NCBI GenBank assembly: GCA_012295275.1
Contig: CM022671.1
Span: forward strand, 29,202,001-29,266,000
Source: Chrysomallon squamiferum
Taxonomy: Eukaryota; Animalia; Mollusca
Direction: 5' to 3'
DNA: 64,000 nucleotides
A program made the translations under genes and the position numbers. The notes under the pieces are model-generated. The model saw only the letters and a list, made by a program, of their open reading frames with translations, was not told the DNA's origin and did not search any database. Below, one piece after another: positions 59,661 to 64,000 of this stretch; the first letter of the stretch is position 1, and every line of letters starts with the position of its first letter.

Positions 59661-62600
59661 ATACAGATTATTTTTTGTTCATTTTTTACATGTGTCTTTG
59701 CATGCATACATATATAATTACATACATTCAGATACATAGATAGATAGACAGACAGACAGACAAATAGATATTTGGATGGATAAATGGATGGGCAGGGAGA
59801 GAGAGATTCATACATAGACGTACTTATATGTATGTATGTGTGAGTGTAATCTCATATATTAGTGTGATTGCCTGTTTCTGTAAACAAATATCTGTATTTT
59901 AATGAATGTGAAATGTGCGACAGTTTTTCATTAAAACGAAAAGTCTGATTTCATTACTTAAACGATCAAATCTGCAGACGTCAAGCTAGATATATGTTTA
60001 TAACTACAATGCGTTTTTTTTCACAAAATAATATAATTTTTAGCTTCATTTTAATCAATGTGATATATCTTCTTTAATCACACTTTACTCAGTGCTGAAA
60101 TATATATATATAAACTTTTTTTTTCTTTTTCTTTCATTTTCTTTTTTTGTTATTTAGAGATTTTTTTTTTGTTTGCCTTTATTAGAAAATATAATGTAAT
60201 AAAATAAAACAAAATAAAATATTGTAACTTTTAGTGGTAGTATTTAGATATATATACGAGTTTTAGAAATCGATTTATAGTGAAAATGGAACTGATTATT
60301 TGTACTGTTACGGCAGCTTCGAATGACATACATCTGATTTTTTTTAGATATTCTAAAATCCAAAACTGCTGTAAATTTTTGTTTTAGTTAACACAAATAG
60401 CCGACGTGTATGAAGTCGCATCTGTTCCTACAAATTTCAGTCATAAATCTTTCAAACTGTCGAGTGGTATACTTACATCGCCATTCTCAGATTCAAAATG
60501 ATTTATTACAAAACTTTATAACCAGCAGAATCTGTTTAAATATAGATCGAAAAGAAGTAATAAATTATACTTTTACAAATGGGAACGGGTTCCACTGGCC
60601 TATTTGTATTATAGTCTCAACTGGCTTATCAAAATTAAGACTTTTAGCTATTGAAACGATATTATTATAAAAAGTCGGATGATTGGTGTTTGCGTGTGTG
60701 CGCACGCGCATCTCCAAGTGTTTTTCATTTCCTATATTACTATGGGAAAGGGCACGAAAAAGCATCTTGTTGTTACCTCAATTGTACAAATGTAAAATGA
60801 TTGAAGATCACGTTCTATTCATAATACACACCGTAGGCTATGCGATCACCTTTTAACAGTTTTAATTATTAATGACTACTAAGTACTTATAACTGAATTA
60901 TTTACACATTATTTTATTACTGACTTGTCCTTTTTGTATTTTTATTATTTTTATTTTCATTTAGTTGTACATAGGTTGCTCTGGTGAAGAGAATTTTTAA
61001 TTGAAAAATAAAAAGTTAATAAAGATTTGTTTGATTAATTCTCCAGATTCACCTCATGGGGGTAGCTTTTCTTATCTCTGTATATTTACACATTATTAGT
61101 TACTGAGCTATTAGACATTTTATTATTTTTCCTTCTGTATCTCCTGTGTCTTACCATTTTATTACTTTCAAATAAAATTAAAATATGAGGTACAAATAGT
61201 CTGTTACAGACATTTTTTTTAACTGAAAATAACAATAATCTATAAAATTTTATTTTATTTCATGACGAACGAAACTGGTTTTTGTCTTTAAATTAGATAT
61301 TAAAGCGTTAATTATTGATTCATTCAGAAATGAGAAATGATTAAAGAAAAAAAAAAAGAAAATTCAGCTAAAATAATTGTCATAACATTTTATTTGCTTT
61401 CATCAACTTTATACATTGTTGGCCATTAACCACACCCCACTCCTCCGAATATATTAAATCTTTAGTTTCTATTAAATTTTGAAAACAATTTAACAACATG
61501 AACTCTTCTGGCCTTTCACACAAAACTATCAGTTTTCCAAGTCACAGGAAAATGATAATTAAAATATAAAAGATGTCTCTGAGATTAAACATTCCAAAAC
61601 TAACAGAAACTGACTGTTAAATTTAGAACTAGTTCACACCACATCATTTAAATGACTACAAAACTTTAATGACTAACACAAATTTATTACTGCCAGGTAT
61701 ATCTATAGTAAGAATACCATGTGACTTCATTGTTTACTTTATATATACATATATATAAACAAAATTTTAATGACTGTGATACAGATGTAAATTTTAATCT
61801 CTGAATAATGTTCACATTTAGAATATGAAAACAAAATTTAAAAAAATAAATAACATTTTCTGAAGAATTTCATCCATGTTAGCTTCATAGTGTGTGAAAG
61901 AAGTAAATTTATTACCTTTTATGGTTATGTGAAAACAGATTTCTCTGATCTTATTATTGACATAAATATTATGTTGATTGAAAACCTTTAACGAAATGTA
62001 ATAGCTAGTACAGTGGAATTCAAAACACAACCATATATACATTTAATCCTGAAGAAAAAAAAATACAAACAAAAAATAAAAGAAAAATATATAAATATTG
62101 ATACATTTATTATCAAAATTCACTCATCTTGGATGAATTTTTATACCCATGCACCAAACATACATACGAAAATACAATTTTTTTGTTTTCAAAGCTGTGG
62201 ATTCTAATTTAATGACAAATTTGGAGAAACTAAAATTTTGGTGTCGGGAACAATGTGCAGCTATTATACAAAATTCTTTAGCACCAATACTTTTAACCTA
62301 AATATTTCTTCAATGAAATAAAAAACAGATTAAAATATATTAACAGCCAAAATATGAAATTCAACATAATGACTGGTGAGGACAAGTGTTTTGATCACTA
62401 TGACAGTACCCTCTTACCCACATATCATCAAATAAACTGTCTCTCAACTGAGTATGAAATGAATTCACATAGATCAATTATTTACAGATGTTGTTATTCA
62501 GTGGCCTTCTTTTAGGAAAACTGCATCCATGAACGAGTAACATCATACAACGTAAGGGATTGTTTATGAGGTGTCGTCATTTATGGGATGCTAAAACGTC

Positions 62601-63521
62601 TGAACTTCATTACACAGAATCTGTAATATTTCATGTTTACTACTACTAATGACACATATTTATCTTGTTTATCACATTGTGTCCATGTTTATCCAATTAC
62701 TGCTGAAAATGGAAACACTTATAGATGCCAGTGAACAATATTCTTAACTGGATAAAGTTTCCACAAGGCCGTTAACAATTAACAGAGTTCTGAATGTAAG
62801 TTGCATATTTGAACAAGAAATGGTGATTACTAATATGTATTTAAAAAAAATATAATAATAATAATAACTACACATGGTAAATAAGGTAATAAAATTAATA
62901 ATGTTCTAAGATTTAGACTGTTTACAATGTAATAGAATAGAAAATTAATTATTCACTTTCAGAAAGAGAGGATCACATTCGTAATACACCATACAATAAA
63001 TTATTAAATAATCAATGGAAAACTATTTGGTCTTGAAGTAATATTTACATATTCAAGTGAAAATGGCAAAAAGTTTTGGTTGTTATTTTTTAATTTAGTT
63101 TATATAATAATAATAATAATAAAAGCAACAACAACAACAACGACCAATAATAAAATGAAGAGAAGTAAAACTATTTTAACAGAAAGTAAACTAGCAGTTA
63201 ATCTACTTTATTAGAAAAAATAAAATAGTGTTCTCAGTTCTAATGTATAATTTTTTTTTTAAATTAAGTAAGTGAAAATACAAGATCTTTCTTAACTGTT
63301 ACTGAGATCAGAGAGTACTGAACAAGAAAATAACGTGTGACAAAGAAGGGGAGATAAGTCACACACACACAGGCACAGCATCTCGGAACTCATAATTAAC
63401 AATGACCTTTCACACATATTACAATGATAAATGACAGAAAAAGAAAAATGAGTAATTTAGATCAATGAGATGAACCGGAAAACAAATAATACAAAAAAAA
63501 ATATCCAAAACTGTCCTATCA

Positions 63522-63713
<192 letters not shown>

Positions 63714-64000
63714 CTACAGATTAATTACGTTAACAAAATAATTTTAACAGACAGAAATACAAATCAGATACAAAAAAGTATTTCCCTAAAATAATTTCTC
63801 AGACAAAATGAATATTATTTTCACTTGTATAAAGGGAGAAAATTCTCTGGTACAATAAAGTGTTTCTCTTGCAATTGCTTTGGTTTTTCAAAATCATGTT
63901 TGGAAAATATATAGACATTATTATTATTTTTATTATTATTTTATATGTAACATATACATGTGTGTGACATGAAAATATAAAGGTTAACCAATTCTTTAGA

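Overview
This is AT-rich, microsatellite-dense animal genomic DNA with GT-AG introns. It is most consistent with a lophotrochozoan, probably a mollusc (inference). Positions 1-20.5 kb hold a tandem + strand cluster of small, probably secreted proteins built from three phase-1 exon modules: a 52-nt signal-peptide (SP) exon, a two-exon C-type lectin domain (CTLD) and a terminal PAN/apple exon. The members are SP-CTLD (PAN apparently decayed), SP-CTLD-CTLD-PAN, SP-PAN only (recent exon duplication), a possible pseudogene relic, and two SP-CTLD-PAN genes. Next come CD2BP2 (- strand) head-to-head with a 19-exon SANBR/KIAA1841 gene (+ strand). After these lie a highly atypical class A GPCR (- strand, single coding exon) with an overlapping uORF, and the last coding exon of TMED2 (- strand). 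Most ORFs in the supplied track are microsatellite artefacts. All gene models were assembled by eye from splice sites, exon phase and motif recognition; no searches were run.
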